DNA of 64,000 nt from Clostridia bacterium (GTDB lineage Bacteria; Bacillota; Clostridia; UMGS1883; UMGS1540): positions 19,186-83,185 of the forward strand of contig JAZNQN010000044.1 in the NCBI GenBank assembly GCA_045590195.1, given 5' to 3'. The notes below the pieces were generated by a model. That model was given only the letters and a program-made list of their open reading frames with translations. It made no database searches and had not been told where the DNA came from. The translations under genes were made by a program, and so were the position numbers. Each line of letters begins with the position of its first letter. Position 1 is the stretch's first letter. Positions 46,448-54,988 of this stretch are shown one piece after another.

Positions 46448-46487
46448 ATTGTAGCACACATTTAAATTAAAATCAATAGAAATTGAT
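46448..46487 (-). promoter_or_regulatory. Candidate operon promoter with overlapping 6-4-6 palindrome
   Basis: On the minus strand, TTGATT (46476-46471), a 17-nt spacer and TACAAT (46453-46448). The palindrome ATCAAT-AGAA-ATTGAT at 46472-46487 covers the -35. Confidence 0.45.
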
Positions 46488-46504
46488 AATTTTTTAACAA
46501 TCTT

Positions 46505-46540
46505 TTTTAAAAAGCTAACTCTATATTTAAATATAGAGTT
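46505..46540 (-). terminator. Terminator after the 46547-47980 hydrogenase gene
   Basis: AACTCTATATTT/AAATATAGAGTT palindrome, followed on the minus strand by AGCUUUUU. Confidence 0.7.
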
Positions 46541-46546
46541 TTAGCA

Positions 46547-47980
46547 TTATATTATACTGTTTGCATCACTCACGGCGTTATATATAGTTTTGTCTGCGGC
46601 CTTTTTTCCGAAGTTATCTATCATATTTTTATCGCGCGATGTGTGAGTAAGGCACCCTGCCCCACCAATACAACCACCAACACAAGCCATACCTTCTATA
46701 AAGTTTGCATCGAGCATCCCTTTGCTTTTCTTCAGAAGGTTTATTTTACACTCTTCAATTCCGTCGCACGAAATTGCATTAAGTGTAAAGTCGGTTACTC
46801 CTTTTTCTTTAAGCCCCTGTGCAACTGCATCGGCAAGGCCACCACAACGGGCAAAAATTCTTCCGAAATACGATGCGCCGTCAAGTTCGCTTTCTTCAAG
46901 AGAAGTAATATCTATATCGCGGCTGTCAAAAAGCGCCTGAAGCTCTTCAAAAGTTAAAACAGTATCAACATATTTTGAAACTTCTGCTTTCTGTGCCTCA
47001 GCTTTTTTTGCAGTACATGGACCGATAAAAATAACTTTTGCACTTTCATCGTGTTCTTTAATGTATTTTGCAATAGTTGCCATTGGCGAAAGATTATGTG
47101 AAATATTTTCAGAAAGGTTATCAAAATTTTGCTCAATATATTTTACAAACGCAGGGCAACAAGAGCTTGTTAAAAATCTTTTTTCTGCAAGCTCCTCTGC
47201 TTCGGATGCTGCAACCATATCAGCGCCAAGTGCAGCCTCAACAACATTGAAAAATCCGAGTTCTTTAATACCTGTCACAACCTGACCAAGCCTTGCATAG
47301 TTAAACTGACTTGAAATTGTAGGTGCAACAACGGCATAAATATTATACTTTGTATTATTTTCGCTACCTTTTAAAAGGTCGATTGCATCGAGAATAAATG
47401 ATTTATCTGTAATTGCGCCAAATGGGCACTGATATACACAGGCTCCACACGCAATACATTTATCATCAAGAATTTTTGCCGACATATCTACATTCGTTTC
47501 AATTGCATCCACCTTGCAAGCGCTTTGGCACGGACGACGGTAGTTTGCAATTGCGTTGAACGGACAAACTTTTGCGCAGGCACCACAGTTTTTACACTTG
47601 GTTTTATCAATGTGCGCTTTTGGGTTTTCATCAAAAGTTATGGCACCAAATTTGCAAACATCTTCACATCTGTGTGCCAGGCATCCGCGGCATGAATGAG
47701 TTACCTCGTATCCGCCCATAGGACATTCATCGCAGGCAATACTGATAACTTCAATTACATTTTTATTCCTTTTGTTACCACCCATCGCCATTTTAACTCT
47801 TTTTGCAAGAATGGCTCTTTCTTTATAAACGCAGCAACGCATAGTTGCCTCTTTCCCGGGCACAAGTATTTCCGGGATGTCGGATATATTTTCCATAAGA
47901 GTACCTGCCCAGTACAGACGGGCAACTTCTCTTAATACTTTATATTTCAGGTGTTGAACTTTAGTATCAAACTTTCTCAT
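46547..47980 (-). CDS. [FeFe]-hydrogenase-family protein with N-terminal poly-ferredoxin region (HfsD-like)
   Basis: H-cluster motifs LTSSCCPAF, GPCTAKKAE and EGMACVGGCIGGAGC. Upstream FeS motifs CKNCGACAKVCP and CIACGACVYQCP. Start ATG 47980 (after AAGGTGA) is preferred over GTG 47989. Confidence 0.75.
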   Translation of the reverse strand: MRKFDTKVQHLKYKVLREVARLYWAGTLMENISDIPEILVPGKEATMRCCVYKERAILAKRVKMAMGGNKRNKNVIEVISIACDECPMGGYEVTHSCRGCLAHRCEDVCKFGAITFDENPKAHIDKTKCKNCGACAKVCPFNAIANYRRPCQSACKVDAIETNVDMSAKILDDKCIACGACVYQCPFGAITDKSFILDAIDLLKGSENNTKYNIYAVVAPTISSQFNYARLGQVVTGIKELGFFNVVEAALGADMVAASEAEELAEKRFLTSSCCPAFVKYIEQNFDNLSENISHNLSPMATIAKYIKEHDESAKVIFIGPCTAKKAEAQKAEVSKYVDTVLTFEELQALFDSRDIDITSLEESELDGASYFGRIFARCGGLADAVAQGLKEKGVTDFTLNAISCDGIEECKINLLKKSKGMLDANFIEGMACVGGCIGGAGCLTHTSRDKNMIDNFGKKAADKTIYNAVSDANSII

Positions 47981-47990
47981 AATATTCACC

Positions 47991-49163
47991 TTAAAAATAA
48001 CTTACTTTAATTCTTTTACCCATTTTTTCAAGATGTTTGGATAACTCTTCTACCATATTCATTTTGATATTAAAATTTATGGGCAAATCAGGATTTTGAT
48101 GAGCAGGATTTACAGCTCTTCCAACATAAAAGTTAATATCGGTTGCTTCTTCAAACAAAAGTTGAGAAATTAACGACGCAGCATCTTTACCCATTTCCCA
48201 GTCATTATAAAGGCGGTTTTCATTAACAAAGTCCTCGGCATATTTAAGCACATGGCTCATTGTAATTACACCTTCAGTTACCAGGTCAACGCCATCAATT
48301 ATCGCTACTGGCGGAATTCCTTGTTTTTCAAACTTCAAAGTTGGTTTTACTTCCTTGCCAAGGTATTCGGCTGCAATTGAAGATGTTGTACCGCCGCAAA
48401 CAATGTGTTTACCCTCTTTTGCAAAGAAAAGTGCCATCATTTTTCTGCAATCATCTCTGTTTGATGGTGGACCAAAAACAAGGTTTATAGGCGCTCTTTT
48501 TCTTATTCTTACAACGCAGGCACTGGTATCATCGCCCGGTTCTCCGCCATAAAGTTTATTACATTCATCAGTTAAAATGGTTGCCAGGGTTTTTGCGTTA
48601 TATCCGGCACATTCAATAGTTTCCATAAACTCAGTTATCTGCTCAGTTTTCCAACCGAAATTATAAATATTTCCAATTCCTGCATGAGGACAACCATCGC
48701 TCATTGCAAGAAATAAATCGTTTTCGCAAAGCTTTATTCTCGAACGAAGCATCTTTTTATCGCCAATTGAAAATGTTTCCTGGTTATATTCAAAGTTCTT
48801 TCCGTCGCGAAGCAAAATTACAGGCGGATTATCATATTGAATAATTTCTGCAAACTCATTATTAACAATATGAATAATTGTAAATGTTGAATATGCCACT
48901 CCCCTTTGCGAACAAACGGGAAGTGTTGCTGCAATAGTTGAAACGCAGTCTTCAATTGACAGCCCTGCTGCCAGAAGAGTTGAAATTATTTTAGAAGTAA
49001 GTGTTGACAAAATGCCAGCTTTAACACCACTTCCAAGCCCATCGGCAAGAACAATTACAGATGAATTTTCGCCTGAGCTTACAACATCTATATGATCGCC
49101 GCAAAGCTCCTCACCGTGGTGGTTTAATGAGCGATATCCAATATCAGCACACAAATCATTCAT
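47991..49163 (-). CDS. SpoIIE/PP2C-type serine phosphatase with ~170-aa C-terminal domain (HfsC-like)
   Basis: GEELCGDHIDVV, VLADGLGSGVKAGILS and LAMSDGCPHAG. 8-nt ATGAATGA overlap with hydS. Confidence 0.75.
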   Translation of the reverse strand: MNDLCADIGYRSLNHHGEELCGDHIDVVSSGENSSVIVLADGLGSGVKAGILSTLTSKIISTLLAAGLSIEDCVSTIAATLPVCSQRGVAYSTFTIIHIVNNEFAEIIQYDNPPVILLRDGKNFEYNQETFSIGDKKMLRSRIKLCENDLFLAMSDGCPHAGIGNIYNFGWKTEQITEFMETIECAGYNAKTLATILTDECNKLYGGEPGDDTSACVVRIRKRAPINLVFGPPSNRDDCRKMMALFFAKEGKHIVCGGTTSSIAAEYLGKEVKPTLKFEKQGIPPVAIIDGVDLVTEGVITMSHVLKYAEDFVNENRLYNDWEMGKDAASLISQLLFEEATDINFYVGRAVNPAHQNPDLPINFNIKMNMVEELSKHLEKMGKRIKVSYF

Positions 49164-50838
49164 CAGCTATTGTCTCCTTAAGTTTTGTAAGCGCAATTTT
49201 TGTTTCAGCAGCTGTTTCGCCAAGTAACGATGCAATTTCCTGAACAATGCGCATTTGCTTTTCAACAACTTTATCTGCTACTTCGATGGTTTCTGTCCCA
49301 ATTCTCTCTTTACGCTCTTTCTCTCTTTCCTCGGCAGTTACATCACGCAAAATGCAAATTATAATTCTATACTCTTTATCCGGAATAATTGTTTTTTCAA
49401 CATATTTGTCGTATTCTGCAAGATATTTTCTTCTGTTAGAAATCCTTCTTCCGCTTTCCATTGCATTTATAAACGGAGTAGGGTCTAAAATTCTTACAAC
49501 AGGCTCACCCATTACATCGGAAACAGATTTTACGTTCAAAATTTTTCTTGCGGAGTTGTTGATAAGCTGAACTTCAAGTTGTTCGTTTACAACAATAATT
49601 CCGTTAGGTGTGTTGTTAACTATTGTATCTGAGAAAACTTCAGCTTTATCTTTTAAAAACGGCAAACACATTGAAAGGTCGGCCTTTCCGTGGTATATTG
49701 CAATTGCTTTTTCACGGCAGGTATCATATCCACAGGAGCCACAGTTAAGCTCGTCTTCAGGACGAACTTTTCCCATTGTTTTCAGTACTTTGACTATTTC
49801 TTCATCGGCAGGTGGCTGAAGTCGTCTTTCAATAGGCTCAATGCCTTTTTGAAGTTCAGTAAAATCAGGCTGTGAAATTTCAAAGTCTTTTTCGCCTGCA
49901 TAATCAGAAACAGCTTTAAATTCACTCACAGGAGCTGAATTGAATTTTTCCATTATCGGACCGCAAATACAGCTTCCGCTGCAGGCCGACATTTCAATAA
50001 AGCATCCGTGTACTTTTCCGCTTTCAATATCACGAAGCGCTTCAATACAGTTATTAGTGCCATCAATGGCCATATATGTATATTCAGGAAGTCGCTCGTC
50101 CATTGTTTTTAATATACCTCCCGTTGTCGGGAAAAGCCTTGCACGGCTTTTTTCGGTAACATCTAGCTCTTTTTCAATCTCTATATTTTCTTCTTTGAAC
50201 CAGTTTGTAAGTTCATCGAAGGTTAAAACTGCGTCTACAATATCTCCGTAGTAATCACCCTCATCTTTTTTGGAAAGGCAGGGGCCGATAAATACTGTTT
50301 TCGCACCTGGATATTTCTTTTTAATTTCTATGGAATGAGCCTGCATAGGCGACATTGTGTTTGAAAGGTAAGGCAAAACAGAAGGAAAATACTTCTGAAC
50401 AAGCAAATTAACACTGTGGCAACAGGAAGAAATAAGAATATCAGGCTTTTCTTCACGAAGTTTGCGCTGGTATTCGTTTTTTACAATTGTTGCACCAATA
50501 GCAGTTTCTTCAGCATCGAAAAAGCCAAGTTTTAATAAAGCCTTTTTCATTGCCTCTATTCCGACACCATCATAATTTGCAATAAAAGACGGAGCAAGAG
50601 AAGCAACAACCTGTTCACCATTTGCAATCATTACTCTTACTTTTTCGCGCTGGTCTGTAATTTCTTTAGCATTTTGCGGACAAACAACAAAGCATTGACC
50701 GCATAAAATACACTCATTGCCAATAATATGTGCCTGATTACCTGAGAAACGAATGGCTTTTACGGGACAATGTCTAATACATTTATAACAGTTTTTACAG
50801 TTTGATTTTTTAAGTTTAAGCCATTCCACTATGCTCAC
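49156..50838 (-). CDS. hydS: Putative sensory [FeFe]-hydrogenase (HydS/HfsB-like): 2x[4Fe-4S], variant H-domain, extra Cys4 motif, PAS domain
   Basis: CKNCYKCIRHCP and CILCGQCFVVCP. Variant H-cluster motifs ISSCCHSV, GPCLSKKDE and EMSACSGSCICGP. CGSCGYDTC...C. PAS-like SDTIVNNTPNGIIVVNEQLEVQLINNSARKIL. Confidence 0.75.
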   Translation of the reverse strand: MSIVEWLKLKKSNCKNCYKCIRHCPVKAIRFSGNQAHIIGNECILCGQCFVVCPQNAKEITDQREKVRVMIANGEQVVASLAPSFIANYDGVGIEAMKKALLKLGFFDAEETAIGATIVKNEYQRKLREEKPDILISSCCHSVNLLVQKYFPSVLPYLSNTMSPMQAHSIEIKKKYPGAKTVFIGPCLSKKDEGDYYGDIVDAVLTFDELTNWFKEENIEIEKELDVTEKSRARLFPTTGGILKTMDERLPEYTYMAIDGTNNCIEALRDIESGKVHGCFIEMSACSGSCICGPIMEKFNSAPVSEFKAVSDYAGEKDFEISQPDFTELQKGIEPIERRLQPPADEEIVKVLKTMGKVRPEDELNCGSCGYDTCREKAIAIYHGKADLSMCLPFLKDKAEVFSDTIVNNTPNGIIVVNEQLEVQLINNSARKILNVKSVSDVMGEPVVRILDPTPFINAMESGRRISNRRKYLAEYDKYVEKTIIPDKEYRIIICILRDVTAEEREKERKERIGTETIEVADKVVEKQMRIVQEIASLLGETAAETKIALTKLKETIADE

Positions 50839-51095
50839 TCCCCTATATTTAATACTTTAAGTATATGTTCCTTAAAAAAGTCATCGAACTTATGTATTGT
50901 AAGTCCTACAAAAACTTCATCGTTTATCTGAACGGTTACGCCTTCGCGATTGCATTTTCCAATGCAAAAGCTTCCGGCAACAGAAACTTTGTCGCCAATA
51001 TTATAATCACTTACTGCTTTTTCAAAAGCATTTGCTATTTCATATGAACCTTTAATATGACAGGAACTGCCAATACAAACTAATACTTTAAGCAA
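50835..51095 (-). CDS. Thioredoxin-like [2Fe-2S] ferredoxin (86 aa, HfsA-like position)
   Basis: C7-x4-C12...C44-x3-C48 pattern (VCIGSSCH...SFCIGKC). TTG start and a 4-nt GTGA overlap with hydS. Confidence 0.65.
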   Translation of the reverse strand: MLKVLVCIGSSCHIKGSYEIANAFEKAVSDYNIGDKVSVAGSFCIGKCNREGVTVQINDEVFVGLTIHKFDDFFKEHILKVLNIGE

Positions 51096-51120
51096 AAATA
51101 AATCATTCCTTTTTGATTTT

Positions 51121-51152
51121 TTAAAAGGCCGCAGTGCGGTTGCACCGCGGCC
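51121..51152 (-). terminator. GC-rich terminator separating the two small ferredoxin genes
   Basis: GGCCGC-A-GTGC GGTT GCAC-C-GCGGCC, followed on the minus strand by CUUUUAA. Confidence 0.65.
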
Positions 51153-51160
51153 ATATGTTA

Positions 51161-51409
51161 TTATTTTACAAGAGGAAGTATATTATCTTTGAAAAACGCT
51201 CTTGCCTCTTTTTCGGTAATTCGGAATGTTTTGTCATCTACTTTTACAGAAACGCCAACATTTGTACAATTTTTCATACAAAATGACGCCGCAAGTTCAA
51301 TTTTATCATGAAGATTATTATCTTCAATCATATGCTGAAATGATGACACAACATTATGTGCTCCGTTTAAATGACACGCGCTTCCAATGCATACACTAAT
51401 TTTTATCAT
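51161..51409 (-). CDS. Thioredoxin-like [2Fe-2S] ferredoxin (82 aa), last gene of the nfn-hyd operon
   Basis: VCIGSACH...SFCMKNC. It is a paralog of the 86-aa protein and starts 2 nt after the hydA stop. Confidence 0.7.
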   Translation of the reverse strand: MIKISVCIGSACHLNGAHNVVSSFQHMIEDNNLHDKIELAASFCMKNCTNVGVSVKVDDKTFRITEKEARAFFKDNILPLVK

Positions 51410-51411
51410 TA

Positions 51412-53109
51412 TTATTCCTCCGATTTTTTCGCATAGTTCACATGTAAAAGTTTATGAACTTTACCTTTAATAATATTGTTATAAAGTGACGAAACAATTG
51501 GGTTTTCTTCTGAACGACGTATGCTTAAGAGTCTGTCAGATTTATAAAGTCCGCTCTTTCTGGCAGCAATCTCGTGCTGCATTGCAAATGGCTGACCGCC
51601 ACCATTTATACATCCGCCAGGGCAAGCCATAACTTCAATAAAGTCAATCTGTTCGCCGTCTTTTACGCGCTGAAGAACTTTTTCAGCATTTGCAAGACCG
51701 CTTACAACTACAATATGAAGTTCTCTTTCTCCATACATAAGTTTAAATTCTTTAATGCCATCAAGGCCACGCTGACCGCAATCTGCAATAGAAAGAAGTC
51801 CGCTTCTTGATTTATTTGCAGCAACACGGCGAAGTACAGCTTCTGTAACACCACCTGTTACACCAAATATTACACCTGCACCTGAAATAGTACCAAATGG
51901 CATATCGACAGCTTCAGGCTCTAAGGTATCAAACATAATACCTGCTTCTTTAACCATTGAAACAAGTTCCTGAGTTGTAATAACTGCATCAACATTAGGC
52001 TGACCGTCCATTTTGAACTCATCTCTTGCAGCTTCAAACTTTTTAGCTGTACAAGGCATTACTGCAACATGGAACATTTTTCTTGAAGCTTCTTTTGCCT
52101 GGTCTTTCAAAATTGAAGCCATCATCTGCATTGGGCTGCGGCAAGTTGATACATTAGGAAGAAATTCAGGGAATTTCTTTTCGCAGAACTGAATCCAGCC
52201 AGGGCAGCATGAAGTAATAAGTGGAAGATTTTCGCCTTTTTCAAGTTTAGTAAGAAATTCTTCACTTTCTTCCAAAACAGTTAAATCTGCTCCGAGAGAA
52301 GTATCATAAATTTCATCAAATCCCATACGATGAAGAGCGGCAACAATTTTACCCATTACATCTTCCCCGTCGCGAACACCAAGTTCTTTACCAAGTGCAA
52401 CTCTTACCGCAGGAGCAACCTGAACAGTTGTTTTAACTTCAGGGTCGCTTATTGCTTTCCAAACGGGAGCAATATTATTTTTAACAACAAGAGCACCTGT
52501 TGGACATACTGCAACACACTGACCACAGCCAACACATGGGCTTTCTGAAAGTGGTTTATTAAACGCAGTGCTGATTGTCATATTAGAGCCACGGTATGCA
52601 AAGTCGATAGCGCCAACATTCTGAACCTCGTTACACATTCTCACACAGTCGCCGCAAAGAATACATTTGCCTGTATCTCTTGTAATGCATACGGAAGACG
52701 TATCTTCATCTTTTGTTGAAACTGCAGTATTAGGGAAACGAACGCCTTCAATATTAAAGCGCATTGCCAAATCCTGCAATTTACATTTTGCGTTGTTCTC
52801 ACAGGTTGTACAGTCGCGGCAATGGTTAGCAAGAAGAAGTTCGAGAATATTTTTTCTGTATCTTCTAAGGCGCTCTGTATTTGTTTTTATGTTCATACCT
52901 GCACGAGGAGGTGTTGAACAAGCGGCATCAAGTCCGCCTCTTTCGTTTTCTACCATACACATACGGCATGCACCGTAAACCGAAAGCTCGGAATGATAGC
53001 AGAATGTAGGCATTTTTACGCCTGTTTTATTTATAAGTTCAAGAAGATTTTTCTCTCCGTTAATTTCAACGGGGATACCGTCGATTGTCAAATACTGTTT
53101 CTCAGTCAT
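51412..53109 (-). CDS. hydA: [FeFe]-hydrogenase catalytic subunit HydA (bifurcating-type, set 1)
   Basis: N-terminal 2Fe-2S (FCYHSELSVYGACRMCMVE). FeS motifs CILCGDCVRMC and CVGCGQCVAVCP. Canonical H-cluster motifs TSCCPGW, MPCTAKKFEA and EVMACPGGCINGGGQP. Confidence 0.9.
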   Translation of the reverse strand: MTEKQYLTIDGIPVEINGEKNLLELINKTGVKMPTFCYHSELSVYGACRMCMVENERGGLDAACSTPPRAGMNIKTNTERLRRYRKNILELLLANHCRDCTTCENNAKCKLQDLAMRFNIEGVRFPNTAVSTKDEDTSSVCITRDTGKCILCGDCVRMCNEVQNVGAIDFAYRGSNMTISTAFNKPLSESPCVGCGQCVAVCPTGALVVKNNIAPVWKAISDPEVKTTVQVAPAVRVALGKELGVRDGEDVMGKIVAALHRMGFDEIYDTSLGADLTVLEESEEFLTKLEKGENLPLITSCCPGWIQFCEKKFPEFLPNVSTCRSPMQMMASILKDQAKEASRKMFHVAVMPCTAKKFEAARDEFKMDGQPNVDAVITTQELVSMVKEAGIMFDTLEPEAVDMPFGTISGAGVIFGVTGGVTEAVLRRVAANKSRSGLLSIADCGQRGLDGIKEFKLMYGERELHIVVVSGLANAEKVLQRVKDGEQIDFIEVMACPGGCINGGGQPFAMQHEIAARKSGLYKSDRLLSIRRSEENPIVSSLYNNIIKGKVHKLLHVNYAKKSEE

Positions 53110-53113
53110 TTTC

Positions 53114-54988
53114 TCAAACCTCCTTTATAGCCTTGAATGCACAAGCATCAATACAGCTACCGCAACGAATACATTTTGAAAGGTTAATTGTAAATGGTTC
53201 CTTAATTTTTCCTTCGATAGCTTCAACAGGACACTGACGGGCACATTTTGAGCAACCTTTACAAAGCTCAGGGTCAATAACAATTGTTTTAAGTTTCTGA
53301 CATTCACCCGCTGGACAACGCTTGTCGTAAATATGAGCTTCATATTCATCACGGAAGTTTTTAATTGTACTTACTACCGGAGAAGGAGCACTTTTGCCAA
53401 GTCCGCAAAGAGCTGTAGCCGAAATTGTATCAGCAAGCTCGAGAAGGAGTTCAATATCTCCATCCTGACCTTCGCCTGCGACAATTCTTTCAAGAATCTG
53501 AAGCATTCTCTTTGTACCTTCACGGCAAGGAACGCATTTACCACAGCTTTCGTTCTGTGTAAAGTTCATAAAGAATCTTGCAACCTCTACCATACAGGTA
53601 TTTGAGTCCATAACAACAAGTCCGCCGGAGCCTATCATAGCTCCAACCTTTTTAAGTGTATCAAAGTCAAGAGGAAGGTCTAAATGTTCTTTTGTAAGAC
53701 AAGCACCTGAAGGGCCGCCTATCTGTACGGCTTTAAATTCGCCGTCGCCTTTCATACCGCCACCGATATCAAAAATAATCTCGCGGAGAGTTGTTCCCAT
53801 AGGAACTTCGATAAGGCCTGTATTTGCAATGTTACCTGTAAGAGCAAAAGCTTTTGTGCCTGCACTTCCCTCTGTTCCGATACCGAGATACCAGTCTGCG
53901 CCACGGTTTATAATTTCAGCAACGTTTGCATATGTTTCAACATTATTAAGTACTGTTGGTTTATCAAAAAGACCATGTTCAACAGTTCTTGGAGGTTTAA
54001 CTCTCGGGAAACCACGTTTACCTTCGATTGAAGCAGTAAGCGCACTACCTTCGCCACAAACAAACGCACCTGCACCACGGCTGATGTGCATTTTAAACGA
54101 AAAGCCTGTTCCGAGAATATTTTCGCCAAGAAGGCCTAGTTCTTCTGCCTGAGTTATTGCATTTTTAAGTCTGTCAACAGCGAGAGGATATTCAGCACGA
54201 ACATATATGTAACCTTCACATGCGCCACAGGCAACACCTGCAATCATCATACCCTCAAGCATTCTGTGAGGGTCACCTTCCATAATACTTCTGTCCATAA
54301 ATGCACCGGGGTCACCCTCGTCACCATTACAAACAACATATTTAATAGGCTCTTTCTGGCGTTTAACCTGTTCCCATTTTCTTCCGGCAGGAAATCCGCC
54401 GCCCCCACGTCCGCGAAGGTTTGATTTACTGATTTCAGATACAATGTCATCAGCAGTCATATCAAAAAGTGCTTTTTCAAAAGCGGAATAACCACCAATG
54501 GCAATATATTCACGAATTGATTCGGCATCAATTTTACCGCAGTGTTCCAAAACGATACGGGTTTGCTGTTTATAAAAAGGAATTTCATCCTGTTTTTTGT
54601 ATGAAACGCCATCTTTTTTGCAGGCAAGGCGGTCAATGGGTTCTCCTTTAAGAACTGTTTTTTCAATAATTTCTTCACAGTCTTCAACTTTTACTTTTGT
54701 GTAAAGCCAACCCTGTGGGTCGATTCTGAGAAGTGGGCCCATTTCACAAAAACCATGGCAACCGCTCTTTTTAAGGCCTATGCTTTCATCGTGGGGATCA
54801 ACTTCAAGCTCCACTGCAACTTTAATGCCTCTTTCATCACAAAGTTCTTTAAGTCTGTCATAAATTTTAAGTGAGCCACCGGCAACGCAACCTGTTCCGG
54901 CACAAACAATGATTTTTTCGGTTTGTAGTTCATAAGACTTTTTCACTTCTTCACGAAGCTTCATAAAATCTTCTCTGTTTTTAAGCAT
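53114..54988 (-). CDS. hydB: HydB, NuoF-like FMN/NAD(P)H subunit (set 1)
   Basis: GRGGGGFPAGRKWE, CNGDEGDPGAFMDR, ESCGKCVPCREG, an N-terminal thioredoxin-like 2Fe-2S domain and a C-terminal 2x[4Fe-4S]. Confidence 0.9.
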   Translation of the reverse strand: MLKNREDFMKLREEVKKSYELQTEKIIVCAGTGCVAGGSLKIYDRLKELCDERGIKVAVELEVDPHDESIGLKKSGCHGFCEMGPLLRIDPQGWLYTKVKVEDCEEIIEKTVLKGEPIDRLACKKDGVSYKKQDEIPFYKQQTRIVLEHCGKIDAESIREYIAIGGYSAFEKALFDMTADDIVSEISKSNLRGRGGGGFPAGRKWEQVKRQKEPIKYVVCNGDEGDPGAFMDRSIMEGDPHRMLEGMMIAGVACGACEGYIYVRAEYPLAVDRLKNAITQAEELGLLGENILGTGFSFKMHISRGAGAFVCGEGSALTASIEGKRGFPRVKPPRTVEHGLFDKPTVLNNVETYANVAEIINRGADWYLGIGTEGSAGTKAFALTGNIANTGLIEVPMGTTLREIIFDIGGGMKGDGEFKAVQIGGPSGACLTKEHLDLPLDFDTLKKVGAMIGSGGLVVMDSNTCMVEVARFFMNFTQNESCGKCVPCREGTKRMLQILERIVAGEGQDGDIELLLELADTISATALCGLGKSAPSPVVSTIKNFRDEYEAHIYDKRCPAGECQKLKTIVIDPELCKGCSKCARQCPVEAIEGKIKEPFTINLSKCIRCGSCIDACAFKAIKEV

